Assembly (NCBI RefSeq): GCF_009914755.1
Contig: NC_060938.1
From: the human T2T-CHM13v2.0 reference genome, Homo sapiens
Length of the DNA stretch: 64,000 nt
Reading direction: 5' to 3' (one strand)
Shown here in pieces: positions 1 to 13,616 of the stretch. The position numbers and the translations under genes were made by a program. The number at the start of each line of letters is the position of its first letter. Within the stretch, counting starts at the first letter, position 1. The notes beneath the pieces were generated by a model. That model saw only the letters and a program-made list of their open reading frames with translations, was not told the DNA's origin and did not search any database.

Positions 1-700
1 TATGTAAAAAGTAAAATGTCTCACCACAATAGCAGAAAGAAAAAAATGAAAGTATACTGTTGTAGGTTTCTTATGCTATATTTGAAATGGTATAATATTA
101 CTTAAAGATGGACTATGATAGTTTAAAGATGTATACTATAAACTCTAGAACAACCACTAGAAATAAAGCAAAGAGGCAGCCAGGCACGGTGGCTCACACC
201 TGTAATCCCAGCACTTTGGGAGGCTCAGGCGGGAGGATCACGAGGTCAGGAGATCAAGACCATCCTGGCTAACATGATGAAACCCCGTCTCTACTAAAAA
301 TACAAAAAAAAAAAAAAAAAAAATTAGCCGGGCGTGGTGGCGGACACCTGTAGTCCCAGCTACTCAGGAGGCTGAGGCAGGAGAATGGCGTGATCCCCGG
401 AAGCGGAGCTTGCAGTGAGCCAAGATTGTGCCACTGCACTCCAGCCTGGGCGACAGAGCGAGACTCCATCTCAAAAATAAATAAATAAATAAATAAATAA
501 ATAAATGAAACAAAGAGGCATAAGTGATAGAGTAGAATAAGAAAATAATAAACTGAAAAGAAGGCACACAAAAAGGGAAAAAGGGTCGAAAACAAATAGG
601 GCAAGTAAAAAAATAGAAAACTGGTACATTCAAACCCAGCCATACCAATAATCAAACTAAATGTAAAATTGACCCCAAAGACATTACAAGGACTAGCCAA
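1..700 (+). mobile_element. Old L1 (L1M-type) fragment, interrupted by AluY
   Basis: A-rich degenerate L1-like sequence (GATGTATACTATAAACTCTAGAACAACCACT; ACCAATAATCAAACTAAATGTAAA resembling the ORF2 start region) on both sides of the Alu. Confidence 0.5.
179..502 (+). mobile_element. AluY with (AAAT)n tail
   Basis: Dimeric Alu with Y diagnostics (GATCACGAGGTCAGGAGATC, GAGAATGGCGTG, GGAGCTTGCAGTGAG); TSD AAATAAAGCAAAGAGGCA 161-178 / AAATGAAACAAAGAGGCA 503-520. Confidence 0.95.
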
Positions 701-809
701 GAATATTTTGAAATATAGACCCAATGAGGAGGTATTTACCTTTCCAGATGCAAACACACTATAGGGCTCCTGTTATTAACGATACTAACACAACAATAGC
801 CATTTAGGG

Positions 810-1034
810 CAAGGACTGGCAAAGTTTTCCCATAAAGGACCAAAGAGTAAATATTTTGGACTTTGCCATCATACCGTCTCTGTTGCAACTACTTTAACAC
901 TGCCACTGCAGCCTGAAAGCAGCCATCGTCAATATGTAAACAAATGAGCATGGCTGTGTTCCAATAAAACTTTATTTACAAAAAACAGGCAGCAGGCTGG
1001 ATTTAGCTCACAGGCTGTGGTTTGCCAATCCCTG
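810..1034 (+). mobile_element. MER58A-like hAT-Charlie MITE
   Basis: Degenerate TIRs CAAGGACTGGCAAA...TTTGCCAATCCCTG, internal GGCTGTGTTCCAATAAAACTTTATTTACAAAAA, 8-bp TSD ATTTAGGG 802-809 / ATTTAGAG 1035-1042. Confidence 0.85.
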
Positions 1035-1044
1035 ATTTAGAGCA

Positions 1045-3350
1045 ATGTAACAGACAAAGAATCCAGGAACAGACGAATCTACAAATGGGAACTGAGTATA
1101 TAAAACACACAGCATTTCAAATCATAGAGGGAAAGGTGGATTATGCAATAGTTAATGCTGAAAAAATTAGCTTTCTTTTGAAAAATAAAATTAAATCTCA
1201 GTCTTTTACCTTACACAAAAATAAATAGCTAAATACTTAAAAATTAAAACTATCAAAGTATTAGAGGGCAATAGAGAAAGTTTAGGGCGGGGAAACTTCC
1301 CTAAAATCCACACATTACTCCCAAGTCACACAAAAAATTTGATAAATTTGAAATCAAAAAAAGGCTGAAAAACTCTTTATACCATTACCTGAAGATAGGT
1401 GACATGGGGAAAATATCTACAACTTTTACAAATACAAATAATTGGGTCTATAGCATATTAAGAGATTCTGCAAACTCCCAAACAACACAGTAGAAATATT
1501 AGAGGGATCTATGCATGGGCAATTCACAGAGGAAAAATTTTAAAACAGCTTATAAATGTGGGAAAAGCTGTTCAACCTTACCAGTAACAAGTTAACCAAA
1601 CATTAATATACTGATTTTTTTGTCTATCAAACTGACAAGTTAAAATGATTGATAATATCTAGTGTTTGTAAGAGTGTGAAGAAATAGATACCTTCATAAT
1701 TTTTTATCATAGTGTAAATTAATACTGCATTTTTGTAGGACGATTTGGTAGTTTCTACCAAAATTTTGAATAAAATTACCTTGCAACTCAACGATTTGAT
1801 TTCTAAATATTTATCCTATAGAAATAAACATAAAAATTTAAGAGTATTGATTTGAAAAGAGAAACATGTTATACAATCTAGGTGTCAAATAAATATTGGC
1901 ACAATCTTATTATGGAGTTAAAAATAATAAAGGAGTTAAAAATAATAAATGGTTCAGATGCACAGACATTAAAATATCTTCAGCATTTGTTATGTACAAA
2001 AAGAAAGACAAGATGCAGTTCACTAGTGTAGTATGAAAAAACAGAAGATACATAATTATATGTGTATGTTTAAATGTAAGTGCCTGAAAAATGACCTTGA
2101 AAGACATCCCACTAACTAAACCATTGGTAACTCTGAAGAAGGGAGTATTAAAGAAAAGAGGGGAAAGGGAATTTGCCTTTAAAAAAAAAAGAAAAGAAAA
2201 AGCAGAACTCCATCTTCTCAGGAAAAAAAAAAAGCAGAGATTATGCAGAAAGTAAAAAAACTTTTGGAGAAAACAACCTCATAATAATATTGTCAGAGAG
2301 ATAGAAAATATTGCACTCAGAAAATTGGAGAGGATTGCTATACAGATAGAGAGAATTATGAGCTCTTCAAAATATAATAGCCAGAATAAATGTTCCAGTG
2401 GTAGAACTGGAAGATAAAGGAAATCTCTCAGAAAGCAGAACAAAAAGACAACGAGATGGACAACAGAAAGGATAGGAAATGAGAGATTCCCAACATCTAG
2501 GGGGCAAATGTTACATACATGCCTACATAGAGACAGGGAGGCAGCTTATGTACACAGAAAAAAATAGAGGAAAAAATCTTACAAGGAAATTCCTCAGAAC
2601 TGAAAGCCATGCATTTGCAAACCGGAAAAACAAACAAACAAAAACAATGCAAGCAACGCCTAGAAAATGAGGAATAAAGACCAATCCAGGACACAACATC
2701 ATACAATGTTAAATACTAAAGATAAAGAAAAGACCATAAAACCTTCCACAGACTTTTTAGAAAAAGAGAGAGGTTTTACAGTTCTTTGACGAAAGTGGGA
2801 AAAGTTGCTGATGCCTACGTAGAATAACTGAGCAAGCAAAAAGAGGAGGTTATTAACTCTGAGAACAAAATGTTGAAGAAAAACATATAATCATAGTATA
2901 ATACATGGGTTAACAATGAACAAGACTTGTACAATCGTAATGTAAACACTATTATAATGTCAATATATTAAAAGTTACATTATAACTTTAAAAGTTACAA
3001 GTTAAACAAATTAAAAGTTACAAATATAACATAAATATGGGAAAAGAAGGGAAAATCTATGTGGATAGTCTGAGAAGAGTAAATGTGTGTAAAAGTGCTA
3101 TATTGTCATTTTCCACAGTAGGAAGTTGATAATGTCCCAAATTGAAAAAGCATAAAGAAACAGTACACAAATATGACTATTACTTAGAAATATAGAGGTT
3201 AATGCATTTCTGCTAAAAACACTTCAAGAGTTGAAAGTGTTACTGTTCGGGGAAAGAAGGAAGAGAAAACTGCTTTTTTTGTTGTTTGTTTGAGGCTTTG
3301 TATTATATTTAACTTTTAAGTTGTGTAGATGTGTTGGATAAAAATAAAAA
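1045..3350 (+). mobile_element. Ancient L1 (L1MC/L1ME-type) fragments
   Basis: Highly decayed ORF2-3' and 3'UTR-like sequence (GGGCAATTCACAGAGGAAAAA, ATTGATAATATCTAGTGTT, GGTAGTTTCTACCAAAATTTT); probably several pieces. Confidence 0.55.
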
Positions 3351-4942
3351 GTTCCTTTTTATAACAAGAAGATAAAAACTATTTTGGTCACTAGCATAGA
3401 CTCCTGTTAATAACCCTGGGTTCCTGGAAGCCATAAAGAGAAAAGCACCAACAAATGGAAGGAAGTGGGGATGAGTGGGTGTTCGGTCTCTATTTTGAGG
3501 AGTGGGCTGTTATATTTGTCTTGAATGAATAGAGGACGTGGGCGCCCAGCCAGGAGATGGAATGGAAGAGGGAGGCTGATGTTCCTTTGGAGTGGGCTCT
3601 TTCTGACAACACACTCAGGCTCTTCTGGGAGATGTTAGGCTATTCAGGAGAAGGCTTTGGGGAGCCGTCTGGGAGCTGTTTGTAGTGAAGGCGCCAGAAG
3701 GTGAGGCGGATCCTCTTCCTCTCTGCACACGGGGACGCGTGGGGTTGACACCCAGTGAGAGTGATCTGACTCCCGTTTCTTTGGCGAGAACAGCCAGCAG
3801 ATGGGTGTCTGGTAACCCAAAGCCTTTGCTGAAATGGCCCAAGTCAATTGCTCCACCTGGCACTGGGGCTGGGGCTGACTCCAGTTTCAGCCACAGGCCT
3901 CTAGGGGCTAATGACAAAAAGTGGAGTGAAAGACCAAACCTGAGGCTGGTGTTCAGAGGGAGGGGTTGGAGACACACAGGGCAGGGAGTTTTGTAGTCAG
4001 GAAGGCAGGAGAGGCTAACCAGGAGATTGTTGATCAGTCTAGCCCCTAGTTCTAGGGTTTATAAACTTAAATGATTCTTGGAAGCTCCAGAGGAGCTTTG
4101 CTAAAGCTAAATAAATAAATAGATTTATTTCCGGGCCTTAGCCCACATCTACTGATGAGAACCTCTGAGGGTAAGGCCGAGGGTTCTGATGCACCCATTC
4201 ATTCTTTGACCACCCTTGGGAGCTAGCTGTGCCAGTTCCAGACCACCCTGCCCATTTCCCAAGGCAACCCTCTGCCTATTTGAGCTCTTTCTCTTCATCC
4301 CCTTCATTAGAATTTCAGATGCAAAGAGAACTTTCCAAAACCCCGTGTCTGAGAGAATATTGTTAAAAATTTGCTTTTTGCTAGGGTGTTGATGGCATCT
4401 GTCAGTAATAAATTCATGCTGGCAGAGAAGTAGGTGCTTCCCAGGAGGGGCTGTAGCAAAGCTTCACATAGATTGTTGCCATTTTTATTCTCATCATTCA
4501 TCTTCAGTGAGAACCTCTGAAGGGCAACTCAGAGGTTCAAAGACAAATATTTCTTGCTCCTCCCACAGCCTCCAAGGTGTAGAAGGTGTGTTGTGGGGAA
4601 CATCAAAGGGCCAAGCTTCTGTGTTTTTGCTCAGCACCAAGAGATGCTACCAAAAATGAAGATACCTGAATGGGCTGAAAATAGAGCTTTGCTTTTAGAA
4701 GTGAATTTCTTTTCCAGAACACAGAATACTGGGATAGCATGAGGAGAATGCTAGAGAGCTAAGGGAAAGCTTTCCCCCCAAAAACAGGGGGAAGATGGTA
4801 GATGGATTTTTAAAATTGGAGCCACTAGATGCTGTTTTCAGCTGCCTGGGACCTGCATCGCTGATTTTCCTTTTGGGTTTTGGTATTTGCAGTCACAAAG
4901 CCCTCCCCACCAAAGCCACCCTAATTCAAAATCCAGAATAGA

Positions 4943-5270
4943 ATTTTTCTTTTCTTTTCTTTTCTTTCTTTTCTTTTCTTTTTTTTTTTTTTGAACAGGG
5001 TCTCACTCTGTGGACCAGGCTGGAGAGCAGTGGCGCGATCTGGGCTAACTGGACTCAACCTCTCCGGCTTAGGCAATCATCCCACCTCAGCTTCCTGAGT
5101 AGCTGGGACCACAGGCATGTGTCACCATGCTCAGCTAATTTTTGCACTTTTTGTAGAGATGGGGTTTCACCATGTTGCCCAGGCTGGTCTTGAACTCCTA
5201 AGCTCAAGCAATCCGCCGGCGTCAGTCTCCTAAAGTGCTGAGATTACAAGCGTCAGCCACAGCACCTGGC
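4943..5270 (-). mobile_element. AluJ
   Basis: Reverse Alu with J features (GGGTCTCACTCTG, GCTCAAGCAATCC); TSD CCAGAATAGA at 4933 and 5271. Confidence 0.9.
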
Positions 5271-5361
5271 CCAGAATAGATTTTCTATGATGAAGAAGAT
5301 CCAGGCCTTTAGAAATTGAGGGCCGGCAGAGTTTTAGCTTTCATGAAATAAAAAATGCACC

Positions 5362-5485
5362 AGGATGTATAAACTTCATGAGGGCAGAAGCCGTATCTCC
5401 CTCATTCTCAGCTTCATCCTGAGGAACTAGCACAATGCCACATAGAAAGGGTGCCCAATAAATGTTGACTCAAGCAGTGAGTGAA
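5362..5485 (+). mobile_element. L2 3' end
   Basis: TGTATAAACTTCATGAGGGCAG...CTAGCACAATGCC...CAATAAATGTTG...GTGAGTGAA, typical L2 terminus. Confidence 0.7.
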
Positions 5486-5499
5486 ACTTCTTCACCTGT

Positions 5500-7415
5500 G
5501 CCGGGATGCCAGGTGTACCCCCACTGCGAGATCCAGAGTAATATCAGTCTGTTTCCCGCTGGATGTTAGGAACTATATCACAGGTGTGTGTGCACCTTCT
5601 GCGATATTGGGAGTAATATCAGCCTCTACCCCGCTGCATATTAGGAACAATATACGGGGGGCGGGGGGGTTACACTCCCTGCGATATTAAGAGTAATATT
5701 ATTCTCTTTTCCCTGTACATTAGGAACTATATCACGGGGGTCTGTACAACTTCTGCTATATTGGGACTAATGTTATCCTCTCCCCCCTTGAATATCAAAA
5801 ACAATATCACAGAAGGGTGTACGCCCCCTGCGATATGGCCAGTAATATCATCGTCTCTACCTTTGGATACTAGGAACAACATCACAGAGGGTGTGTGTAC
5901 ACGCCCAGCGACATTGGGCATAGTGTTATCCTCTCTTTCCCTGGATATGAGGAACAATATCCCTGGTGGGGGGAGGTGGAGTACATTAAGAACAATATCT
6001 TAAGGAGGTGGGTGAACACCCCCCGCGGTATTGGGTGTAGTATCATCCTCTTTTTCCTAGGATATGAAGAACAATATCACAGGAGGGGTGTACAGCCCCT
6101 GCGATATTGAGAGTAGTATCATCCTCTCCCCTTCTCGATATAAGGAACCATATCCCAGGGTGGATGTACATCCCCTGCGATATTGGGCGTAACGTCATCG
6201 TCTCCCAACGTGGATATTGGGAATAATGTCACGGGGCTGTACACCTTCTTCGATATTGGGAGTAGTATCATCCACTCCCCTCGGGATTGTAGGCAAAATA
6301 TCGAAAGGGTTTTACAACTCGTGCGATATGGGTAGTAATATCATCCTCTCTCCACCTAGATATGAGGAACTATACCAGAGGTGGCTGTACACTTCTTGCG
6401 ATATTGGGAGTAATATCATCCTCTCCCATTGTGGATATTAAGAACAATATTCCAAAGGATGTGTACACCCCTTGTGATATTGAGAGTAATATTATGCTCT
6501 CCCCTTCAGGATATCAGGAACAATATCGCAGGAGGTGTGTACAACCCCTGCGATATTGGGAGTAATATCATCCTCTCCCCCTGAATATAAGAAACAATAT
6601 CACAGGAAGATGTACATTCCCTGCGATATTGAGAGTAATATCATTTTCTCCCCCTCGGGATATTCGGAACAATATCACAGGGGGTGTGTACAGCCCCTGC
6701 GACGTTGTCGCTAGTATCTTCCTCTCCCTCCCAGGATATAAGGAACAATGTCACAAGGGGGTGTACACCCCCTGCGATACAGAGGGTAATATCTTCCTCT
6801 CCCCTGCTGGCTATTAGGAACAATGTCACGGAAGGGGTGTACACCCCCTGCGATACTGGGGGTAATATCTCCCTCTCCCCTGCTGGCTATTAGGAACAAT
6901 GTCACGGAAGGGGTGTACACCCCCTGCGATACTGGGGGTAATATCTCCCTCTCCCCTGCTGGCTATTAGGAACAATGTCACGGAAGGGGTGTACACCCCC
7001 TGCTATATTGGGAGTGATATCATCCTCTCGGTCCCTGGATATTAGGAACAATATCCCTAGGGAGTGTACACCTGCAATATTGAGACTAATATCATCCTCT
7101 CGCCGCCTGGAGATTAGGATCAATATCACAAGGGTGGTGTGCACCCTCGGCGAAATTGGAAGAAATATCATCCTCTCCACCTTTGGATGTTAGGGACAGT
7201 ATCAGGAGGGAGGTCTCCGCCCCCTGCGTTATTGGGAGTCCCATCATCCGCTCCCACCCAGGATATTAGGAACAAGATGACCGAAGGGATGTACACCCAC
7301 TGCGCTATTTTCAATAATGTCATCCTCTACCCCCTATTAGGAGTAACATCATAGAGGGGTGTACACTTTCTGCGATATTAGGAGTAATATCGTCTCCCCC
7401 ACGGATATCGGGAAC
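5500..7415 (+). repeat. SATR-family satellite, 76-bp monomer type
   Basis: Tandem diverged units GATATTGGGAGTAATATCATCCTCTCCCC..GATATTAGGAACAATATCACAGGGGGTGTACACCCCCTGC; period 76 measured at 6811/6887/6963; this reading is defined here as +; SATR1 versus SATR2 name not certain. Confidence 0.9.
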
Positions 7416-7795
7416 AGTCATATTAATTATTAATATTAATAAATATAATAATAGTAATCATCGATATTAATAATTACAATAGAGATAGTAAAAGTTAAGA
7501 CTGATTAAAAATATTAACGATTACTATTAATAATTAATAGCAATATCACTATTAATAATAAAATAATGATATCAGTAATTGTCACTTAAATCAATCATAA
7601 GTGATGTTGGTAATAAAACAATAATTACTATTAAGATTAATAACTAATACTATTGAAAAATTACATTAATAGCAATAATTAATTTTAAGCATGCAGAAAC
7701 ATATTTAAAATAATCATTAATTATTAATAACGTTATACTATTAATTAATATTACCATTGATAATTATTATTAAGACTGATGTTTAATAATTAATG
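7416..7795. repeat. AT-rich low-complexity spacer 1
   Basis: Degenerate ATTAAT/TAA tract; satellite orientation flips across it. Confidence 0.85.
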
Positions 7796-9055
7796 ATATT
7801 ATTACTCCTAATACCGCAGGGGGTGTACACCTACCTGTGATATTGCTCCTAATATCCAGGGATGGAGGGCATGATATTAGTTTTAATATCGCAGTGGATG
7901 TACACTCACCCTGTGACACTGATCCTAATATCCAGGGTGTAGAGTATGACATGACTCCCAACATAGCAATGAATGTACAGCCACCCGGTGATATTCCTCC
8001 TAATATTCATGGAAGAAGCGTATGATATTACTCCCAATATCGCAGGGAGTGTACAACTCTTCTGTGATATTGTTCCTAGTATCTGAGAGGGAGAGGAAGA
8101 TAATAATTCCAGCATCGCAGGCTGTGATCACTCACTCTGTGATATTGTTATTAATATCCTGAAAGGGAGACGATGGTATTACTCCTCATAATAGATAGAT
8201 ATGACTCCCCATAATAGAGCAGGAGGTGTACACCCACCCTGTGATATTGTTCCTAATATTCAGAGGCCGAGAGGTTGATATTACTCCCAGTATCCCAGGA
8301 ACTGTACAACCCCGTGTGAGATGGTCCTTAATAATATTCCAAGGCGGAGGCGGTGATCTTACTTCATATATCGCAGAAAGTGCACAACCCCCAGGGATAT
8401 TGTTCCCATGATCCTGGAGGGAAGAGGATGATATCACTTTAAATATCACAGCAGGTGGACACGCCCCACTGATATTGTTTCTAATTTCAACGTGGGAGAG
8501 GAGGATATGACACCCAATATCGCAGGGAGTAGAAACACCCCTGTGATGCTGTTCTTCATATTCAGGGAGGAAGAGGCTGATATTACTCCCAATACAGACG
8601 GTGTACACCCGTCTGTGAAATAGCTCATAATTTCCACAGGGGGAGATGATATTACTCACAATATCATAAACAGGCAGAGAGTCCACCGTGGATCGTAAGA
8701 GCCAGGGGGGGAGAGGGGGGTGGCTGTTACTCCCCGCATCGCGGGGGGCGCCTCGCCCCTCTGTGATGCGGAAGGCCATATCCGGGGGGGTAGTGGGGGG
8801 TGATATTACTGCCCGCACGGCGGGGGGGTGCCCCCGCCTCCCTGCGTTGTGGATCGTCATATCCATGGTGGGATTGGGGGGTGATATTACTCCCCGAATC
8901 GAAGGGGGGCCCGCCCCCATGCGATGTGGATCTTAATATCCAGGGGGGAGAGGCGGGTGATATTACTCCCCGCATCGAGGGGGGCTTCCGCGCCCCTGCG
9001 ATATGGATCGTAATATCCAGTGGGGGAGAGGGGAGTGATATTACTCCCCGATTTT
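7796..9055 (-). repeat. SATR 76-bp type, reverse orientation, ending in GC/CpG-rich variant block (8690-9055)
   Basis: GATATTACTCCCAATATCGCAGGG units; from 8690 G-run and CpG-rich variants such as TTACTCCCCGCATCGCGGGGGG. Confidence 0.88.
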
Positions 9056-9544
9056 TCCTCGGATCCTTTCTATAGTGCCTCCCTCGGTTCACACCCTGGG
9101 ACATTATCTTCCATATTCTAGCAGGATATGGCTACTAAAGTCGCAGGGGGTATACACCCGTCAATATTATTCGTAATTTTCTAGGGGAATGTTAAACCTG
9201 ATGTCACAGGACTCTGTACATTGTGATGTTATTCCCAATATCCTAGCTTTACCTTAATAATAATGTCACATTGTGTGTACACCTTGCGGTATTATTCTTA
9301 TTCTCCTAAGGGGAGGTTGTTTTATTGTCACACGGGGTATGTTCCTTTGGATATTATTCATAATGTCCTAGAGGGATGTCACCCCTTATGTCACAGGGTT
9401 TGTACAGCTTGTCAAATTACTCGTATTATCCCATAAGATGTCACTCCTCATATCACAGAGGGTGTACACTCTGTGATATTGTCGTCATATTCTAGGGAAA
9501 TGTCACTTTTAATGTCACAGTGGGTGCACACCTTGTGAAATTAT
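9056..9544 (-). repeat. SATR 63-bp type, truncated
   Basis: Colinear direct paralog of 25461-25954; stops abruptly at GAAATTAT 9544. Confidence 0.85.
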
Positions 9545-12500
9545 CAACCGCCACTCCCCCCCGGGATATGAAGATCCATATCGCATGGGGGCGGGTGCCA
9601 CCGCGATTCGGGGAGTAATATCACCCCCCACTCCCACCCTGGATATGACCATCCACATCGCAGGGGGGCGGACGCCCCCCCCCCCCCCGATGCGGGGAGT
9701 AATATCATCCCCCACTTCCCCCCTGGCTCTTCTTCCCCCCCTGGCTCTTTTAGGACCCCATCGCAGGGGGGCGAGGCGCCCCCCGCGATGCGGGGAGTAA
9801 GAGCCAGCCCCTCTTGCCTCCCTGGCTCTTAGGATCCGCGGTGGACTCACACCCTGTTTACAAGATTGTGTGCAATGTCATCTCCCCCGCTGGAGATTAT
9901 GAACTGTTTCACCGACGGTTGTATACAGAGGGTGTACACCTTGGACAGAGGGTGTACACCCGTCTGTATTGGGAGTCATATCATCCTCTTCCTCCCTGAA
10001 TATTAAGAACAGTATCACAGGGGTGTTTCCACTCCCTGGGATATCGCGTGTCATGTCCTCCTCTCCCACGTTGTAATTAGAAACAATATCCGTGGGGGCG
10101 TGTCCACCTTCTGTGATATTGAAAGTAATATCATCCTCTTCCCTCCAGGGTTATGGGAACAATATCCCTGGGGGGTGTCCACTTTCTGCCATGTATGTAG
10201 TCATATCACCCCCTCCGCCTTGGAGTATTATTAAGGACCATGTCACACGGGGGTGTACACTTCCTGCGATATTGGCGCTAATATCAACCTCTCGGCCTCT
10301 GAATATTAGGAAGAACATCACAGGGTGGGTGTACACCTCCTGCTCTATTATGGGGAGTCATGTCTATCTATTATGGGGAGTCATATCTATCTATTATGGG
10401 GTGTAATATCATCCTCTCCCTTTCAGGATACTAATAACAATTTCACAGGCTGGGTGAACACAGCCTGCGATGCTGGAATTGTTATCACCCTCTCCCCCTC
10501 GGGATACTAGGAACAATATCACAGAAGAGGTGTACACTCCCTGCGATATTGGGATTAATATCGTACGCTTCTTCCGTGAATATTAGGAGCAATATCACCG
10601 GGTGGCTGTACATTGATCGCTATGTTGGCAGTCATGTCATACTCTACCCGCTGGGTATTAGGATGGGTGTCACAGGGTGAGTGTACACCTACTGCGATAT
10701 GAAAACTAATATCATGCTCTCCATCCCTGGATATTAGGAACAATAACACAGGGAGGTGTACAGCCCCTGCGGTATTAGCAGTAATAATATGAATTATTAA
10801 ACATCAGTCTTATGAATAATTATCAATGGTCATATTAATTAACAGTTTAACATTATCAATCATTAATGATTATTTCCAAGATATGATTATGCATGATTAA
10901 AATTAAATATTAATATTAATGTCACTTTTAATATTAGTTATTAATCTTAATAGTAATTATTGTTTTATTACCAACATCACTTATGATTGATGGAAGTAAC
11001 ATTAATCAGTGATATCATTATTTTATTATTAATACTGATATTGCTATTAGTTATTAATAGTAACCGTTAATATTTTTCATCCATACTGTTTTACTGTCTC
11101 TACTGTAATTATTAATATCGATGATTACTTTTAATTGTTTTTATATTGATTAATATTAATAATTAATATAACTGTTCCCGATATCCGTGGGGGAGACGAT
11201 ATTACTCCTAATATCGCAGAAAGTGTACACCCCTCTATGATGTTACTCCTAATAGTCAGGGGGTAGAGGATGACATTATTGAAAATAGCGCAGTGGGTGT
11301 ACATCCCTTCGGTCATCTTGTTCCTAATATCCTGGGTGGGAGCGGATGATAGGACTCCCAATATCGCAGGGGGCGGAGACCTCCCCCGTGATACCGTCCC
11401 TAACATCCAAAGGTGGAGAGGATGATATTTCTTCCAATTTCGCCGAGGGTGCACACCACCCTTGTGATATTGATCCTAATCTCCAGGCGGCGAGAGGATG
11501 ATATTAGTCTGAATATTGCAGGAGGTGTACACTCCCTAGGGATATTGTTCCTAATATCCAGAGACGGAGAGGATGATATCACTCCCAATATAGCAGGGGG
11601 TGTACACCCCTTGTGTGACATTGCTCCTAAAGGGCAGCGAGGGAGAGGAAGATATTACAGCCAATATCGCAGGGGGTGTACACTCCCTTGTGACATTCCT
11701 CCTTATATCCTGGGAGGGAGAGGAAGATACTAGCAGCAATGTCGCAGGGGCTGTACACACCCACTGTGATATTGTTCCGAATATCCCGAGGGGGAGAAAA
11801 TGATGTTACTTCTAATATCGCGGGGGGTGTACATCCTCCTGTGATATTGTTTCTTATATTCGGGGGAGAGGATGATATTACTCCCAATATCGCAGGGGTT
11901 GTACATACCTCCTGCGATACAGGGAGTAAGAGCCAGCCCCTATCCCCCCCGGCTCTTAGGAGCCCCATCACAGGGCGGTGAGGCCCCCGCGATGCGGGGA
12001 GTCATATCACCCCCCTCTGGATATAACGATTCACATCGCAGGGGGGCGGGCGCCTCCGCGATGCGGGGAGTCATATCATCCCCCTCTCCCCCCGCGGATA
12101 TGACGATCCACGGTGGTCACACAGCGTGTTCACGTTATTGTCAGTAATATCTTCTCCGCCTCTGGAAATTACCAACTATGTCACAGACGGGTGCACATCC
12201 TCTGCACTCTTTGGAGTAATAGCATCCTCTTTCCCCTTGATATTAAGAACAATATCACAGGAGTGTTTTTACCCCTAGGGGCATTCCGTGTAGTATCATC
12301 CTCTCCCACGTTGAAATTAGGAACAATATCACTGGGGGCGTGTCCACCCCTTGCGATATTGAAAGTAACATCATCCTCTTCTCTCCTGGATCATGGGAAC
12401 CATATCACTGGGGCTGTGTACACTTTCTGCGGTATTGGGAGGAAGATCATCCTCTCCGCCTTGGAATATTAAGGACCATATCACAGTGGGGCTGTACACA

Positions 12501-13205
12501 CCCTGTGCTATTAAGAAGAATATTATCCTCGCCTGCCCTGCACATTGGAAAAAATATCACAGAGTGGGTGTACACCTCCTGCGATGGGGGGGTGATATCA
12601 TCTTCTCTTCTTCTGGATAATAGCAACAATAGTACACGGCTTTGTACGCTTTCTGTGATATTGGGAGTAATATCAACCTCTCCAGCTTTGAATATTAAGA
12701 ACAGTATCACAGACTGGATGTACACCCCCTGCGATATTGGGAGTCATATCAGCCTCTCCTCTCCATGGATATTAGGAATAATATCCCAGGATGGGTGTAC
12801 ACCTCCTGCTGTATGGGGAGTCACATCGTCCTCTCCCTTCCTGGCTGCCAGGAACAATATCAGAGGGTGGGTGTACACAGCCGGCGATATTGCGAGTAAT
12901 ATCACCCTCTCCCCCTCCGGATATTAGGAACAATGTCACAAAAGGGGTGTACACTTCCTGCGATACTGGGAGTAATAGCATTCTCTTCTTCCGGGAATAT
13001 TAGGAGGAATATCACCGGGTGGATGAACACCCACTGCTGTCTTGGGAGTAACGTCCTACGCCATCCCCCGGAGATGATATTCGGATCAATATCACCGGGT
13101 GGGTGTACACCTACTGCGATATTGAACGTAATATCATGCTCTCTCCCTCCCTGGACATTAGGAACAATATCACCGGTGGGTGTACACCCACTGAGGTATT
13201 AGGGA
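9545..13205. repeat. SATR array with alternating orientation: GC block+ 9545-9845, 76-bp+ 9846-10780, AT spacer 10781-11170, 76-bp- 11171-11900, GC block+ 11901-12115, 76-bp+ 12116-13205
   Basis: Monomer orientation read directly; 9830-11920 is the reverse complement paralog of 6524-8700. Confidence 0.88.
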
Positions 13206-13537
13206 TAATATTCATATTAATTCTTCCTCATTTATCATTACCACGAATATGTATTACCAATATTAATATTAATATTAAGAAATCATTGCTAATAGTGTTC
13301 AGATAATTAATATTAATATTAATTATTAGGAGCTAATATGGCAGTTTTCTAATGAATAAGATCAATATCACCCTTTAATACCAGGCGTCATTAATCATTA
13401 ATATTAATCATTTATTGTTATCGTGAGTATAACTCTAATATGAATTATCATTCTTATCGGTATTGATTTTAAGAATTATATGATCAGTTATTAATATTGA
13501 TCATTATTAGTATCAATTAATAACTGAGATTATTAAT
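13206..13537. repeat. AT-rich low-complexity spacer abutting the ERV fragment
   Basis: Degenerate ATTAAT/TAT tract between SATR and gag sequence. Confidence 0.85.
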
Positions 13538-13616
13538 TGCGGCAAGTCACATTGCGCCATTCCACCCCACACCTCCCCCGGCAGCTCGTTGACGACCCAA
13601 AACGGGGATCCAAATA

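Noticed and set aside
3615-3996. Overlapping 100-120 aa ORFs in the GC-richer flank, and similar ones at 41410-41973
   Set aside because: No recognisable domain, codon bias or exon structure; expected by chance at this GC content
7416-7795. AT spacer as a true PATRR
   Set aside because: I could not see a near-perfect internal palindrome in the tract; only the flanking satellite is inverted
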